64,000 bases of DNA. It comes from Peribolospora baueri. Taxonomy: Eukaryota. Under the pieces are notes generated by a model, which was not told the DNA's origin, ran no database searches, and was given only the letters and a program-made list of their open reading frames with translations. Below, piece after piece: positions 62,021-64,000 of this stretch. Position 1 is the stretch's first letter; each line of letters begins with the position of its first letter. The position numbers and the translations under genes were made by a program. Location of the stretch: contig JAMDHS010000031.1 of the NCBI GenBank assembly GCA_029717555.1, positions 62,001-126,000 of the forward strand, written 5' to 3'.

Positions 62021-63097
62021 TCAACGTCTCCGTGCCTCCCGAGATGGGTCTGCCTCGTCCCATCCCTCGTCCCGTTCGCGGCCGCGACTGCCGGCGGACC
62101 CCTCGCCGACGTTATCGCCGCCCTCGCCTGCGAACCTGGCCCCAGCCCGAGCAGCTCGGGCCTCCGCCTGCATCTCCTCCCATACGCTCATGACAGAAAC
62201 ACGAGGTCTACCCACCGGCCTTCCCGTGCCCGTCTTTCCTTTCTTCCTCTGCTGCTGCGGTGGCGGTGGCGGCAGCTCCGCGTCGACCGCGACCGCTCCC
62301 GGTCGAGGAGAGGGAGGCGTAGGCGAGGACAGTGGTGGAGAGGTGGCGGTTGTGCGAGAAGTGACGGGTACGCAGCGGATGCGATGGGTGGTGGAGGTGA
62401 GCGGGGTGAGATGGCCGGTGCCGTCTGGGGAGGCTGAGAGTGGAGAAGGGACAGGATGGGTGGGAACATGATGAGACAGACATACGACTACGACGACGAC
62501 TCGCGCCATCGGTGCGTTGCCGAAAGGCGGACGAGATGAGATGAAATATGTGGAGGTGGACATACGAGCGTCGTCATGGTCATTGTCCTCGTCGTGTCGG
62601 AGGAGAAGCTCCGAGTCGAGGAGCGTCTCCCATTGACCCCTAAAGACCGTCTTTCCGACCCTTACGAACGGCGTGTCCGTCTCGAGGCCCTTTGATGAGA
62701 GGTGGATGACAGAGAAGAGGGTGACGAAGTCAGCCCGGTCGGTCGGTCGGCGAGCCGACACCTGTGCTCGCGGTGGGGGACAGCGGACGAATGGCGAGCG
62801 ACGCACGGTGATCTGATATTCGCCTCCTGCTCCTATGGCCTTCCTCCCTTCAGGACCAAGGTCGAGGGTGATGTAATGCACCTCTTCTTCCTCCCATCCG
62901 TCTTCCTCCTCCTCCTCTTCCTCTATCTCTCCGTCGCGCTCGCGCTCGGCGACGAGACGACGCGGGTCGACCCTCTCCCAAGTGTCGTCGAGGATGGGGT
63001 TCGTGTGGCACTGACCCAGAGGAGGCGGCGGCGGTGGCGACGACGACGACGACGACGTCGTTGGATGTGCGAACGAAGGTCCGACGGCAGAAGCCAT
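62021..63097 (-). CDS. TFIIIC triple-barrel (TFIIIC_sub6)-domain protein
   Basis: Acidic run followed by EEEEVHYITLDLG...EYQIT|GLETDTPFVRVGKTVFRGQWETLLDSELLL; AT-hook-like GRPVGRPR. Confidence 0.75.
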   Translation of the reverse strand: MASAVGPSFAHPTTSSSSSSPPPPPPLGQCHTNPILDDTWERVDPRRLVAERERDGEIEEEEEEEDGWEEEEVHYITLDLGPEGRKAIGAGGEYQITVRRSPFVRCPPPRAQVSARRPTDRADFVTLFSVIHLSSKGLETDTPFVRVGKTVFRGQWETLLDSELLLRHDEDNDHDDARMSTSTYFISSRPPFGNAPMARVVVVVVCLSHHVPTHPVPSPLSASPDGTGHLTPLTSTTHRIRCVPVTSRTTATSPPLSSPTPPSPRPGAVAVDAELPPPPPQQQRKKGKTGTGRPVGRPRVSVMSVWEEMQAEARAARAGARFAGEGGDNVGEGSAGSRGRERDEGWDEADPSREARRR

Positions 63098-63590
63098 TGG
63101 TGGTGACGGCGGTGGTGACGGTGACGGAGGCGAATGAACCGTAACGTCCGATCATCGATCACGACCGTCGTCGTCGTCGTCGGGCTTATCGGGCCTTGTG
63201 GCCGCGATGGCGGTCGTAGGAGGAGGACACACACGCGCTCGTTGCTATCACTCTCCTCACGAGCAGCGGCTTCGGACATGGACATGTACACATGCAATCC
63301 ACCCACGTCTGTCTGTCCCATCTCGTGCTCGCGACGCCGTCGCCGTCGTCCCCCGCCAGAGTATGACTGACGACTGACTGACGACGGACGGTCAACGCTT
63401 TACCCTACGCATCCTCCCGGTTTACTCATGTGCCTAGACACAAACACACACACACACAGAGAGAGAAAGAGAGACAGACGGCACAGGCTCGTCTGCGCTG
63501 CCGGAGTATGGACACGCAGTCGGTCCGCCCCTGCCCGCGACCATATCGTTGTCGGGAGGGTACGTATGGCGGAGGTACAAGGGGTGATGT

Positions 63591-63615
63591 GATGGGATGG
63601 GATGGGATGGGATGG
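63591..63615. repeat. (GATGG)5 microsatellite; CA/GA repeats nearby
   Basis: Seen directly in the sequence. Confidence 0.85.
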
Positions 63616-64000
63616 AGGGGCGCCGATATCAACGGGCCGCGGCGCCGACGACGACAGGTGCATGCGGCGTGAAGTACTGTGCTGCCGGCGTTGGAAGTGC
63701 ATCATAGGACAGGACAGGATAGGACAGGGCAGGACGGTGGTGTATGTGTATGTGTGCGCCTTTTTTACGTACACAACCGTGCACACACACACACGACCCT
63801 CGTTCCTACACTACACATCTCTCCTCCCCTTCCCGTTCCGACTGCCGCCTCCATCCCGACGCACTGCCAGCGACGGCCGTCGTTCACGCTCTACTCCGCT
63901 CCACGTCGGCGCCAGCCAGCCAGCAGAGCCGTCGCTCGTGTCCCCCCGGCGGCGGCGGCGACATGGGCGTCCAACGCTCCACATCCACCCACATACATAT

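Noticed and set aside
61996..63097. Retrocopy origin of the TFIIIC-domain gene (A-run right after the stop)
   Set aside because: The gene has in-frame GT-AG introns, so the A-run is more simply a microsatellite.

Overview
GC-rich, intron-dense eukaryotic DNA, most likely from a basidiomycete fungus (GT-AG introns with GTGAG/GTGCG donors, many microexons, basidiomycete-style protein sequences). I reconstructed about 19 spliced protein-coding genes by hand: an HSDL2-like SDR ending in SKL, two class-3 lipase-family genes, a DUF1774-like membrane protein, a head-to-head pair of small paralogues sharing a beta-patterned C-terminal motif, an aromatic amino-acid decarboxylase, an S8 subtilisin, an AGC1-type mitochondrial carrier, an Amt/Mep transporter, a GRIP golgin, Ish1, an HSL-type esterase, a GDSL esterase, a ~2,330-aa low-complexity protein, septin Cdc12, Sec22, a LIM protein and a TFIIIC triple-barrel protein. 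I saw no rRNA, tRNA, CRISPR array or recognisable transposon. The three most interesting observations are: (1) the divergent paralogue pair with a 5 x 31-bp array and a CRE palindrome in the middle of their shared intergenic region; (2) an AGC1-type carrier whose N-terminus looks like an ABM-type domain rather than EF-hands; (3) an intact, probably GPI-anchored class-3 lipase homologue lacking its catalytic Ser and His. All family calls come from motif recognition, not database searches, and all exon boundaries are manual predictions.
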